The position numbers were made by a program, and so were the translations under genes. Of a stretch of 64,000 nucleotides of DNA, positions 47,448-56,382 are shown piece by piece. This DNA comes from a bacterium (GTDB taxonomy: Bacteria; JAHJDO01): the NCBI GenBank assembly GCA_043824255.1, contig JBDRTG010000034.1, positions 1,631-65,630 on the forward strand. Reading direction: 5' to 3'. The notes under the pieces are model-generated. The model saw nothing but the letters and a program-made list of their open reading frames with translations, was not told the origin of the DNA and did no database searches. Numbering within the stretch: position 1 is the stretch's first letter; each line of letters opens with the position of its first letter.

Positions 47448-48401
47448 ATGGGAAAGCTACATGAAGAGGAAATGAGAAAAGTATATGCATTAACATTAAA
47501 CGAGTTAATTAAGGAAAATCCTCAGGTTATGGTTGTGGAGGCTGATTTAAGTAAAGCGTCCGGAACAAATCCCGCTGTTTTAAAAGAACATCCGAAAAAC
47601 TTTGTTAATGTAGGCGTTTCAGAAGCAAACATGATCTGTATTGGAGCAGGTCTGGCTTCAGAGGGTAAAATTCCATTCTGTGCCAGTTTTACGTGTTTTG
47701 CGTCCAGACGTGTATATGATCAAGCAACAATCTCCGTAGCGTATGCAAATAATAATGTAAAGATAATCGGGACAGCACCCGGGATCACAGCAGGTCCTAA
47801 TGGCGGGACTCATATGTGCTTTCAGGATCTTGCTATTATGCGCGTAATGCCGAATATGCATGTTTATTCACCATGCGATGTTTATGAACTCCGTTCAGTG
47901 CTTCATTATATGGCTAAAACTAAACAGCCAACTTATATGCAATTGATACGCTCCAAAATGGGGAAAATATTTGACGAAGATTATACATTTAATCCGGAAA
48001 AGGCTGTTGTCGTAAAAGAAGGAAAAGATATCACACTTATTAGCACAGGTTATATGACTCATATTGCCCTGAAATCTCTTCAGGAATTAGAGAAACAGGG
48101 AATTGATGCAGAACTGATTCATTATCCTTCCATAAAGCCGTTTGATGTTGACTCGCTTATTCTATCCGCAAAGAAAACCAAGGGTGTGATAACAATTGAA
48201 AATCAAAACATTCTAGGAGGTCTTGGCGGAGTTGTGTGCGAAGTCTTGAGTGAACATTATCCCACGAAAGTGAAGCGTCTCGGAATTCCGGATAGGTTTG
48301 GTGAAGTTGCAACAGCAGAGTACTTATTGAATAAGCATAAAACAAATGTCAATCATATTATAGATGCAGCAAAAGACATGATGATGAGGTCGAATAAATG
48401 A
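47448..48401 (+). CDS. Transketolase, C-terminal (pyrimidine-binding) subunit of a split enzyme
   Basis: About 317 aa. Motifs: FVNVGVSEANMICIGAGLA and GPNGGTHMCFQDLA. The start at 47448 has GAGGAG 9 nt upstream; the ORF is open from 47439. Confidence 0.9.
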   Translation: MGKLHEEEMRKVYALTLNELIKENPQVMVVEADLSKASGTNPAVLKEHPKNFVNVGVSEANMICIGAGLASEGKIPFCASFTCFASRRVYDQATISVAYANNNVKIIGTAPGITAGPNGGTHMCFQDLAIMRVMPNMHVYSPCDVYELRSVLHYMAKTKQPTYMQLIRSKMGKIFDEDYTFNPEKAVVVKEGKDITLISTGYMTHIALKSLQELEKQGIDAELIHYPSIKPFDVDSLILSAKKTKGVITIENQNILGGLGGVVCEVLSEHYPTKVKRLGIPDRFGEVATAEYLLNKHKTNVNHIIDAAKDMMMRSNK

Positions 48402-49822
48402 CAAAAGATCAAAAAATTATAGGTAAGTTGATAGAGCGTGCCCGCAATGCTCAGGTGCAGATTGAGCATTACTCGCAGGAACAAATAGATGAAGTGTGCT
48501 TATCCGTAGGCTGGCAGGTATACAACGATAAAAACATTCAGGCATGCGCAAAGATTGCTGTTGAGGAAACAGGAATGGGCAATTACAAAGATAAAATTAC
48601 CAAGCATAAGGTTAAGGTTCTCGGTGTTGTTAGCAGTATCAAGGGACAGAAAAGCGTTGGTGTTATTGAACATGACAAAGAAAAGAAGATTACAAAATAT
48701 GCAAAACCGGTTGGTGTGGTTGGCGCCTTAATACCTGTTACGAACCCTACGGCTACACCTGCAAGTAATGCTGTATCCATCCTTAAGGGAAGGAATGCTG
48801 TGATATTTGCTCCTCACCCAAAAGCAAAGAGATCTTGCAAATTGGTATGCGATTTAATGCGTGAGGGATTAAGGAAAGTTGGTGCTCCACAGGATTTGAT
48901 CCAGTACATAGAAGAACCGACTGTTGAACTGAGTCAGGAATTGATGCGTCAGGTTGACTTGGTACTCGCAACAGGCGGCGCTGCAATGGTGAAAGCTGCA
49001 TATTCAAGCGGTACACCTGCATACGGAGTAGGCGCTGGTAATCCCGTGATAATTGTAGCGGAAGACGCAGATATTGAAGATACAGCAAAAAAAATATACA
49101 TTAGCAAAACCTTTGATTACGCTACCTCTTGTTCTTCGGACAACTCAATAGTTATTCATAGAAGTATTTTTGATGCGATGGTAGAAGCTTTTAAGAAAAA
49201 CGGAGGATATTTATGTAATGACGAGGAACGCAGAAAGCTTGAACAATGGATGTGGGTTCCAAGCAAAAAAACAGGCAAGATGGCGCTGAATCCAAAGGTT
49301 ATAGCAGTATCTGCAGTCAAAATTGCTTTTGATGCAGGTATTGATATAGCGGATGATACCAGTATGCTTATGGTAATGGGCAAAAATCCTGGAGAAGACA
49401 GATTCAGCGGAGAAAAACTTTCTCCTGTTATGGCATTGTGGAAATACGAAAATATTTACGATGCCATTGATTGTACAGTTAAATTAACAGAGTATTCTGG
49501 AATAGGGCATTCATGGGGCATCTATACGTTTAACCATGATTATATCGATAAAGTGTCTATGGCAGCTAAGACAAGCCGCATTATGGTCCGTCAGCCGCAA
49601 GCGCCTGCTAATGGCGGAAATTTTTTCAATGGCATGCCTTCAACCGTAACACTTGGCTGCGGTACATGGGGCGGCAATATTACGACTGAGAACATTACAT
49701 GGAAGCATTTTATAAATGTTACATGGGTTTCAGAGCCATTTGAACCTAACAAACCCACTGATAAGGAGATGTGGGGAGAATACTGGCGGAAATACGGGAA
49801 GGGGTTGCGTAACCCCAAATAA
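48398..49822 (+). CDS. CoA-acylating aldehyde dehydrogenase (AdhE-N/SucD(Ck)/EutE-like)
   Basis: 474 aa. The ALDH fold has PVTNPTATP and a catalytic-Cys context FDYATSCSSDNS, analogous to FDNG(I/V)(I/C)C(A/S)SEQS of acylating enzymes. Confidence 0.75.
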   Translation: MTKDQKIIGKLIERARNAQVQIEHYSQEQIDEVCLSVGWQVYNDKNIQACAKIAVEETGMGNYKDKITKHKVKVLGVVSSIKGQKSVGVIEHDKEKKITKYAKPVGVVGALIPVTNPTATPASNAVSILKGRNAVIFAPHPKAKRSCKLVCDLMREGLRKVGAPQDLIQYIEEPTVELSQELMRQVDLVLATGGAAMVKAAYSSGTPAYGVGAGNPVIIVAEDADIEDTAKKIYISKTFDYATSCSSDNSIVIHRSIFDAMVEAFKKNGGYLCNDEERRKLEQWMWVPSKKTGKMALNPKVIAVSAVKIAFDAGIDIADDTSMLMVMGKNPGEDRFSGEKLSPVMALWKYENIYDAIDCTVKLTEYSGIGHSWGIYTFNHDYIDKVSMAAKTSRIMVRQPQAPANGGNFFNGMPSTVTLGCGTWGGNITTENITWKHFINVTWVSEPFEPNKPTDKEMWGEYWRKYGKGLRNPK

Positions 49823-49827
49823 ATTCT

Positions 49828-50955
49828 ATGAAATTGTTTGAGTATCAGACTAAAGAACTTTTTGAGGAATCAGGGATTCCCGTTCCAAAGAGAAAACTTG
49901 TTGATAGAGATGCGGATATTGATGCAGCCGTAGATGGAGTAGGACTGCCCTGCGTTTTAAAGTCGCAGGTTCTTCAGGCTGGAAGAGGTAAAGCTGGTCT
50001 GATTCAGTTTGCTTCAACGAAAAATGAAGCAAGAAAAAAAGCGGCAAAAATCTTTTCATCGCACATAAATATCAGAAAACTTCTGGTTGAAGAAAGGCTT
50101 GATATAGAAAAGGAGTTTTATTTAGCAATTACTATTAATCCTGTTTCCAGCTCAATACTGGTTATGGCATCTTCAGAAGGCGGGGTAGATATTGAAGACG
50201 TTGCAAAGAAGTCGCCGGGAAAAATCGTTAAAGAAGAAATTGATGTTTTTAAAGGATTTTTACCGTTTCAGGTACGCAATGTCATGTTTGGACTTGGTCT
50301 TAAAGGTGATACCTTTAAACAAGGATTAAAAATTCTTTCAAAAATGTTTGATATTTTTTGCAGGTACGATGCGGAATTGCTGGAGATCAATCCGCTTGTT
50401 TTTGCCAGCGATGGTAAGTTAATAGCAGCGGACGCTAAACTTATTATAGATGATAATTCCTCTTTTAGACAAAAACGGTTTACTTTAACAAGGGATTATT
50501 TTGAAAGCGATATTGAATACGAAGCAGCTGAGAAATCAATCCCTTACCTGCAGTTTGACGGAACCATTGGACTCATGTGCGCAGGCGCAGGGCTTACCAA
50601 TACAGTCTATGACCTTATCAATTATTATGGCGGGAGTGTTGCTAATTATTTAGAGTTTGGCGGGCCGAATTATACAAAAGCCGTTCAGGCAATGGAGCTT
50701 ACCTTAAAGAATAATCCTAAAGTTATTTTGATTGTTACGTTTGGAACTATTGCCAAAGCAGATGTAATGGCTCAGGGTATTGCAGATGCAATCAGGAAGT
50801 TGAAGCCAAATGTTCCGATTGTAACTGCGATTCGCGGTACTGGTGAGGAAGAAGCAGATAGAATACTTCGAAATATAGGTCTTGAGCCATTAAAAGATAC
50901 TGAAAGCGCAGTAAAAAAAGCTGTGGAATTAGCGGCAGGAGGAAGCGCAAAATGA
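49828..50955 (+). CDS. ADP-forming acyl-CoA ligase beta subunit (SucC-like ATP-grasp)
   Basis: 375 aa. The N-terminus (MKLFEYQTKELFEESGIPVP) parallels the SucC N-terminus, and the ATP-grasp and ligase-CoA domains are present. Confidence 0.8.
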   Translation: MKLFEYQTKELFEESGIPVPKRKLVDRDADIDAAVDGVGLPCVLKSQVLQAGRGKAGLIQFASTKNEARKKAAKIFSSHINIRKLLVEERLDIEKEFYLAITINPVSSSILVMASSEGGVDIEDVAKKSPGKIVKEEIDVFKGFLPFQVRNVMFGLGLKGDTFKQGLKILSKMFDIFCRYDAELLEINPLVFASDGKLIAADAKLIIDDNSSFRQKRFTLTRDYFESDIEYEAAEKSIPYLQFDGTIGLMCAGAGLTNTVYDLINYYGGSVANYLEFGGPNYTKAVQAMELTLKNNPKVILIVTFGTIAKADVMAQGIADAIRKLKPNVPIVTAIRGTGEEEADRILRNIGLEPLKDTESAVKKAVELAAGGSAK

Positions 50956-51833
50956 GTGTTTTTGTTGATAAAGACACACGTGTTCTGGTTCAGGGAATTA
51001 CAGGCAAAGAGGGCAGTTTCTGGACAAAACATATGATTGGCCTGGGGACTAATGTAGTTGCTGGTGTAACACCGGGCAAAGAAGGACAAGTTGTAGAAAA
51101 CGCAAAAGTATTTAATACAGTACGACGGGCTGTGCGTGAATGTAATGTCAATGCTTCAGTTCTCTTTGTGCCTCCTGCATTTGCAAAGGATGCAGTTTTT
51201 GAAGCGCTCGATTCCGGGATTAAAAAAATTGTTGTTATTGCTGAAGGCGTTCCCGTACATGATGCCATGCAGATACGAACTGGTTCTCGTTCAGTTGGCG
51301 CAATGGTTATCGGCGGAAATACTTCAGGAGTTATCACACCCGAAGTCAGTATGATGGGGATTTTCCCTTACTGGATTAAACGTGTATATAAAAAAGGCAG
51401 TATTGGAGTTATCACGCGCAGCGGTTCTCTTACAAATGAGGTAACTGCCATGGTTGTAAAAGCTGGATTTGGCGTTTCTTCGCTTGTCGGCATAGGAGGT
51501 GATTCTGTTCCCTGCACCAGGTTTACAGAGGTTCTTCCTTTATTTGAGAGAGATAATTGTACTGAGGCGCTTGTAATGATCGGCGAGTTAGGCGGAACAA
51601 TGGAAGAAGAAGTAGCAGAGGAAATTAAATCCAGGCGGTTTACCAAACCGGTAATTGCTTTCATTGCAGGAAGAACTGCTCCTATAGGCAAAAGAATGGG
51701 TCATGCAGGAGCGATTGCAACCGCAGGTAAGGGTACGGTTGCAGGCAAAATTGAGGCATTAAGCAAAGCAGGTGCGCTTATCGCTGAACGGCCAAGTCAA
51801 GTTGGCGAATTAATTAAAACGTGTTTGAATTGA
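50952..51833 (+). CDS. ADP-forming acyl-CoA ligase alpha subunit (SucD-like)
   Basis: 293 aa. Motifs: VLVQGITGKEG, SRSGSLTNE, and the phosphohistidine loop MGHAGAI. It overlaps the beta subunit gene by 4 nt. Confidence 0.85.
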   Translation: MSVFVDKDTRVLVQGITGKEGSFWTKHMIGLGTNVVAGVTPGKEGQVVENAKVFNTVRRAVRECNVNASVLFVPPAFAKDAVFEALDSGIKKIVVIAEGVPVHDAMQIRTGSRSVGAMVIGGNTSGVITPEVSMMGIFPYWIKRVYKKGSIGVITRSGSLTNEVTAMVVKAGFGVSSLVGIGGDSVPCTRFTEVLPLFERDNCTEALVMIGELGGTMEEEVAEEIKSRRFTKPVIAFIAGRTAPIGKRMGHAGAIATAGKGTVAGKIEALSKAGALIAERPSQVGELIKTCLN

Positions 51834-51844
51834 GAGAATTGTAA

Positions 51845-53317
51845 ATGGAAACAAAGAATAACCATAAAAAAAATGGATTAATCATTTTTATTGCACTTGT
51901 CTCGCTATATCTTATCTGTATATTCCCGTATTTCCCGAACTTAAAAACTTCCTCAGGGGATTTGATCGTCTTGAGTTCTGCAGGCAGACTTTCTATAGCA
52001 ATTCTATTCTTTGCTGTGCTTCTGTGGTTTACTGAAGCTCTTCCATTTGCAGTTACAGGTTTGTTCTCTATGGTATTGCTTGCTATTCTCAGAGTTAATA
52101 CATTTAAAGAGATTGTAAAAGCCGGGTTCGGAAATGAGATAATCTGTTTTTTCATTGGGGTTTTGATTATTTCTGCCGCAATAACAAAATCAGGTCTTGG
52201 AAACAGGCTGGCTTCGCTAATTTTACATTGTGTAGGAACAAAAGCTTCCAGAGTTATTCTGGGATTTCTTGTTGTTGGCATGCTCTTGTCTATGTGGATT
52301 ACAGATATGGCGGTTGCTGCTATACTGTTGCCGCTAGGTGTAAGCATTCTGAAAAAAGAGAACATTAAACCCTTGAAGAGTAATTTTGGCCGCGCTCTTA
52401 TGATCTCCTGCGCATGGGGACCGATTATAGGCGGAATTGGCACTCCTGCAGGATGCGGGCCAAACCCGCTTGCTATAGGATTTTTACGTGATTTGGCAGG
52501 TATTAACATTAATTTTATTCAGTGGATGACGATAGGTGTTCCTTCAGCAGTCTTATTAGTCCCGTGTGCATGGATTATTCTGCTGAAAGTATTTCCTCTG
52601 GAAATTAAGGAGCTTTCAATAAGTAAAAACGAGATAAAGAAAGAGTTAGAACATCATGGTTCTTTGAGCAGTAACGAAAAGAAGACTATAGCGATTTTTC
52701 TATTAACCGTTGTTCTGTGGTTGGGAGCGCCTCTGTTAAGAAAAATGACAGGAGGCATTATAAATTTATCTATTTCGCAGATAGCTCTTTTCTCTTCTCT
52801 TCTATTCTTCTTTCCTTTTGTTTCTGTATTAAGCTGGAAAGAGGCTCAGTCTGAGATAGATTGGGGCGGAATAATACTTGTTGTTTCCGGACTTTCTCTT
52901 GGTATGATGCTCTATAAAACAGGAGCAGCAAGATGGCTTGCGTGGGCAATGTTCGGAAAAATAGGGGATGTATCTCCTATTATTCGAATATTTGTTATTA
53001 TTTTGATAGTTTCGTTATTAAAGGTGGCTTTCTCAAGTAATACAGTAACAGGGATTATCATTATCCCTCTCATAATAGCCCTGGCTCAGGATTTAGGACT
53101 AAATCCCTGGCTCCTTGCCGCTCCTGCAGCAATAACCAGTTCACTCGCATTCATTCTTGTAACATCTACCCCTACAAATGTAATCCCATACTCTTCGGGA
53201 TATTTTTCAATCAAGGATATGGCAAAAGCCGGGATAATTATGACTGTAGTAGGCGCTATTTGTGTCACTATAGCCATTGCTGTTATGGGACCAATTACCG
53301 GTGTATATAAATTTTAA
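51845..53317 (+). CDS. DASS/SLC13-family anion (di-anionic acid) : cation symporter
   Basis: 490 aa and polytopic. The two hairpin motifs SMWITDMAVAAILLPLG and SSNTVTGIIIIPL are typical of DASS transporters. Confidence 0.75.
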   Translation: METKNNHKKNGLIIFIALVSLYLICIFPYFPNLKTSSGDLIVLSSAGRLSIAILFFAVLLWFTEALPFAVTGLFSMVLLAILRVNTFKEIVKAGFGNEIICFFIGVLIISAAITKSGLGNRLASLILHCVGTKASRVILGFLVVGMLLSMWITDMAVAAILLPLGVSILKKENIKPLKSNFGRALMISCAWGPIIGGIGTPAGCGPNPLAIGFLRDLAGININFIQWMTIGVPSAVLLVPCAWIILLKVFPLEIKELSISKNEIKKELEHHGSLSSNEKKTIAIFLLTVVLWLGAPLLRKMTGGIINLSISQIALFSSLLFFFPFVSVLSWKEAQSEIDWGGIILVVSGLSLGMMLYKTGAARWLAWAMFGKIGDVSPIIRIFVIILIVSLLKVAFSSNTVTGIIIIPLIIALAQDLGLNPWLLAAPAAITSSLAFILVTSTPTNVIPYSSGYFSIKDMAKAGIIMTVVGAICVTIAIAVMGPITGVYKF

Positions 53318-53338
53318 ATATTGAAAAGGAGAGAAAAT

Positions 53339-53815
53339 ATGATTATAGGTATTGGAGCTGATAAGTCAGGATTTGGATTAAAGGAGGAAATAAAAAATTA
53401 TTTATTAGAGAAGCAGGATATTGAGATACATGATCTCGGGATGACCTCTCTGGATGAATTTAAAGCTTATTATCAAGTTGCGCCTGTAGTGGCGAAAAAG
53501 GTTCAAAATGGCGAAATAGATAAGGGAATACTTGTTTGTGGCACAGGGGCTGGGATGGCTGTTCTTGCCAACAAATTCAAAGGAGTATATACCGTATCTT
53601 GTGAGTCAGTTTATTCAGCAGGTATGGCAAAGGTTGTAAATAACGCAAATATATTGACTATGGGCGCATGGATTGTTGCTCCTCAAATAGCAGTACAAAT
53701 GGTTGAAGCATGGCTGACTAAGAAATTCACAGAGGGATTCGACGAAAACAGGCAGAAATTTCTTACTAATGCTTTTAAAGAGGTTAAAAAGATAGAATTG
53801 GAGGAGATGCACTGA
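53339..53815 (+). CDS. RpiB/LacA/LacB-family sugar(-phosphate) isomerase
   Basis: 158 aa from ATG 53339, with SD AAGGAGAG. Motifs: IGADKSGFGLKEEIK and GILVCGTGAGMAVLANKFKG. Confidence 0.8.
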   Translation: MIIGIGADKSGFGLKEEIKNYLLEKQDIEIHDLGMTSLDEFKAYYQVAPVVAKKVQNGEIDKGILVCGTGAGMAVLANKFKGVYTVSCESVYSAGMAKVVNNANILTMGAWIVAPQIAVQMVEAWLTKKFTEGFDENRQKFLTNAFKEVKKIELEEMH

Positions 53816-54585
53816 TGAAAATTGATTTTCACGCTCACTATATTGACGAACCTGACTATATTGGGAAAATGTTAGAGACTTATGATAATCTTGGTATTGA
53901 TATCATCTGTATGAGTGGTCTTGGCAGTGTTTTTGAACATAAAGATAATAATGACGTTGAAAAAGCTTTTAAAAAACATCCTGATAAAATAATCGGATTT
54001 GCTTATTTTCGTCTTGGTAAGGATCTGCCTGAAGATGTTTTGCGATTTAAAGAGAGAGGTTTTAAAGCCCTTAAGATGACAATGCCTCCTCTTGACTATG
54101 ATGATGAGAGCTTTTTCCCTGTATACGAAAAAGCCGCAGAATTGGGAATGCCTATTCTTTTTCACAGCGGGATATTGGGCCCTCCGAAAAGCAATTATAA
54201 AGGTGTTCCCTCTTCAGTGCATACACATCCGATACATATCGAGAGAATTGCCAGGTCTTTTCCTGAAATAAATGTTATATGTGCTCATATGGGAGTATCA
54301 TGGTTTTCCGAAGCATCGGATCTTGCAAGAATGATTCCTAATTTCTATATAGATATAACTGGTGCGACTCCGGGTTGGCGCGCTCAAAGAAAACCAGAAT
54401 TTTTCAAAGAATATCTATGGTGGGAAGGAGTGTGGGACAAAGTATTATTCGGAACGGATGTCCATTACAGTGAAGTGGAACTTGTTTTGAAAAGAGAAGA
54501 AAAGCTTTTAAAAGACTTATCTCTCAGTGAACATGAAAAAAACAAGTTTTATTCAAATAATGCCAGCTCTATTTTAAAATTATGA
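53815..54585 (+). CDS. Amidohydrolase-2 (TIM-barrel metal-dependent hydrolase/lactonase) family protein
   Basis: 256 aa. The metal ligand pattern is IDFHAH, FHSG, CAHMG, FGTD. Confidence 0.65.
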   Translation: MKIDFHAHYIDEPDYIGKMLETYDNLGIDIICMSGLGSVFEHKDNNDVEKAFKKHPDKIIGFAYFRLGKDLPEDVLRFKERGFKALKMTMPPLDYDDESFFPVYEKAAELGMPILFHSGILGPPKSNYKGVPSSVHTHPIHIERIARSFPEINVICAHMGVSWFSEASDLARMIPNFYIDITGATPGWRAQRKPEFFKEYLWWEGVWDKVLFGTDVHYSEVELVLKREEKLLKDLSLSEHEKNKFYSNNASSILKL

Positions 54586-55502
54586 AATTTTATAGCGCGA
54601 AGATACTGGTTAATAATGCGAGAGATAATGATTATGCTGTACCTGCTTTAAATACAAATGGCGGCTCTTATGATATAGCGCGCGCTGCGCTGGAGAGTGC
54701 TCAAGAGCTGAATTCACCCTTGATCCTGCAGGTATATGAGCCGAATTGTGAATACAGAGGATTTGATTATTATCTGAATTTGGTTGAGTTTCTTTGCAAT
54801 GAACTTGAAATCACTGTGCCTGTTGCTGTTCAGCTTGACCATGGAAAAAGTTTTGCTTCAGTCGTAAAAGCAATGAAAGCAGGATTCAGTTCCGTAATGT
54901 TTGATGCATCTAATTACCCTCTTGATAAAAATATTGAAGAAACTCGTAAAGTAGTGAAAGTAGCTAGTGTTTTGGGCGTTTCGGTTGAAGCAGAAGTAGG
55001 ATATGTAAAAGGAAATGAACCTAAAAAAGAAGCGTTAATAGGTAGAATCCCGGTTCCAGTATTACCGTCTATAACTCCAGCTAAGACAAAAATTGATGAT
55101 GCACTGCGTTTTATTAAGGAAGTGGACATTGATATGCTTGCTGTATCCGTGGGAACAACACACGGGGTTTACGAGAAACAGGAAGAGATTGATTTCAAAT
55201 TATTAGAGAAACTGTGTAATTCTATTTCAGTTCCTCTCGTCCAGCACGGCACATGCGGAATTTCTCTTGATAATATCTCAAGACTTGCACATGGAGGAAT
55301 GGCTAAGATAAATTTTGGAGAACCGTTTAGATTTAATTATATAAAATACTTCAATGAACTAACAGATGAAATGGAGCATTTATGGCATCCATGGAAAATT
55401 ATGCAGGAATGTAAGAATCGCCTGAAGCAGGATATGAAGAAAATAATCTGTGCGCTTGGTTCAAAAGATAAAGCGTCAAATATAATTAACAGGAGGAAAT
55501 AA
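54582..55502 (+). CDS. Class II (metal-dependent) ketose-bisphosphate aldolase family protein
   Basis: 306 aa. Motifs: VPALNTN, QLDHGKS, EAEVG, GTTHG, LVQHGTCG. The last differs from the canonical HGGSG. Confidence 0.75.
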   Translation: MKFYSAKILVNNARDNDYAVPALNTNGGSYDIARAALESAQELNSPLILQVYEPNCEYRGFDYYLNLVEFLCNELEITVPVAVQLDHGKSFASVVKAMKAGFSSVMFDASNYPLDKNIEETRKVVKVASVLGVSVEAEVGYVKGNEPKKEALIGRIPVPVLPSITPAKTKIDDALRFIKEVDIDMLAVSVGTTHGVYEKQEEIDFKLLEKLCNSISVPLVQHGTCGISLDNISRLAHGGMAKINFGEPFRFNYIKYFNELTDEMEHLWHPWKIMQECKNRLKQDMKKIICALGSKDKASNIINRRK

Positions 55503-55504
55503 AT

Positions 55505-56359
55505 ATGAACTATTATGCAAAAACTAAACAAGATCTATTAAATTGCAAGAGTGTTAAATTTACAGTTGTTTCTAACGTGCATGATTTGAATATCAGCATT
55601 GCCCGTGAGATTGCAGATTATATTAAGTTAAAGAATTCTCAGGATGAAAAAACGCATTTAATTCTTCCTGTTGGTCCGTTAGATTATTTCTACCTTGCAG
55701 ATGTCTGTAACAAAGAAAAAATTTCTCTTGAAAATCTTGTTCTTTTTATGATGGACGAATATGTAGGAGACAATGAAGAGATTATTCCGCATGACCATCC
55801 GCTTGGTTTTTATAGTTTTATGAAAAGAAGCTTTGTGGACAAATTAGATATAGATTTGAATTTTAATATACAAAATATAAATTTCCCTGACCCTCATAAT
55901 CCGGAGCTTGTTACTAAGAAGATAGAACAAATCGGAGGCGTTGATATTTGTTATGGAGGATTTGGGATTACAGGACATTTTGCTTTTAATGATCCGCCAG
56001 AACCCGAAGAGACAATGACAGTTGAAGAAATGGGAAATACAAGGGCCAGAGTACTTACTATTTCACGTGAGAGTACTGTTCAGATGGCAATGGGAGGAAC
56101 AAATGGAAATCTCAATATTTTGCCTACTCGTGCTGTAACACTAGGCATGCATGAACTTCTTATGTCAAAAAAAATACATCTTACTTTTATGCGTTCCTGG
56201 CACGCTGGTGTTTTGAGGAGAGCACTTTTTGGGCCAGTAACAGTGGAATGCCCCGGTTCCTTGATTCAGAACCATCCTAATTTTTGCGTTACACTTACAG
56301 AATTGGCTGCACAACCTCCGATTGTAAATGTAGCTCAGGCTACAGGCGAAGAAAAATAA
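55505..56359 (+). CDS. Glucosamine-6-phosphate deaminase/isomerase (NagB)-superfamily protein, divergent paralog 1
   Basis: 284 aa. Motifs: ILPVGP, FMMDEYV, GGFGITGHFAFNDPPEP. Confidence 0.65.
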   Translation: MNYYAKTKQDLLNCKSVKFTVVSNVHDLNISIAREIADYIKLKNSQDEKTHLILPVGPLDYFYLADVCNKEKISLENLVLFMMDEYVGDNEEIIPHDHPLGFYSFMKRSFVDKLDIDLNFNIQNINFPDPHNPELVTKKIEQIGGVDICYGGFGITGHFAFNDPPEPEETMTVEEMGNTRARVLTISRESTVQMAMGGTNGNLNILPTRAVTLGMHELLMSKKIHLTFMRSWHAGVLRRALFGPVTVECPGSLIQNHPNFCVTLTELAAQPPIVNVAQATGEEK

Positions 56360-56382
56360 AGCTATAAATACGGGAGATTACC

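Noticed and set aside
51814-52509. The 231-aa minus-strand ORF, and similar long antisense ORFs (8372-9010, 10659-11045, 43078-43758, 50990-51337, 37154-37597).
   Set aside because: Each is a shadow ORF on the opposite strand of a gene with strong family motifs (DASS transporter, tkt, lipoprotein, purine permease, SucD-like, FtsH). None has an SD or recognisable domains.
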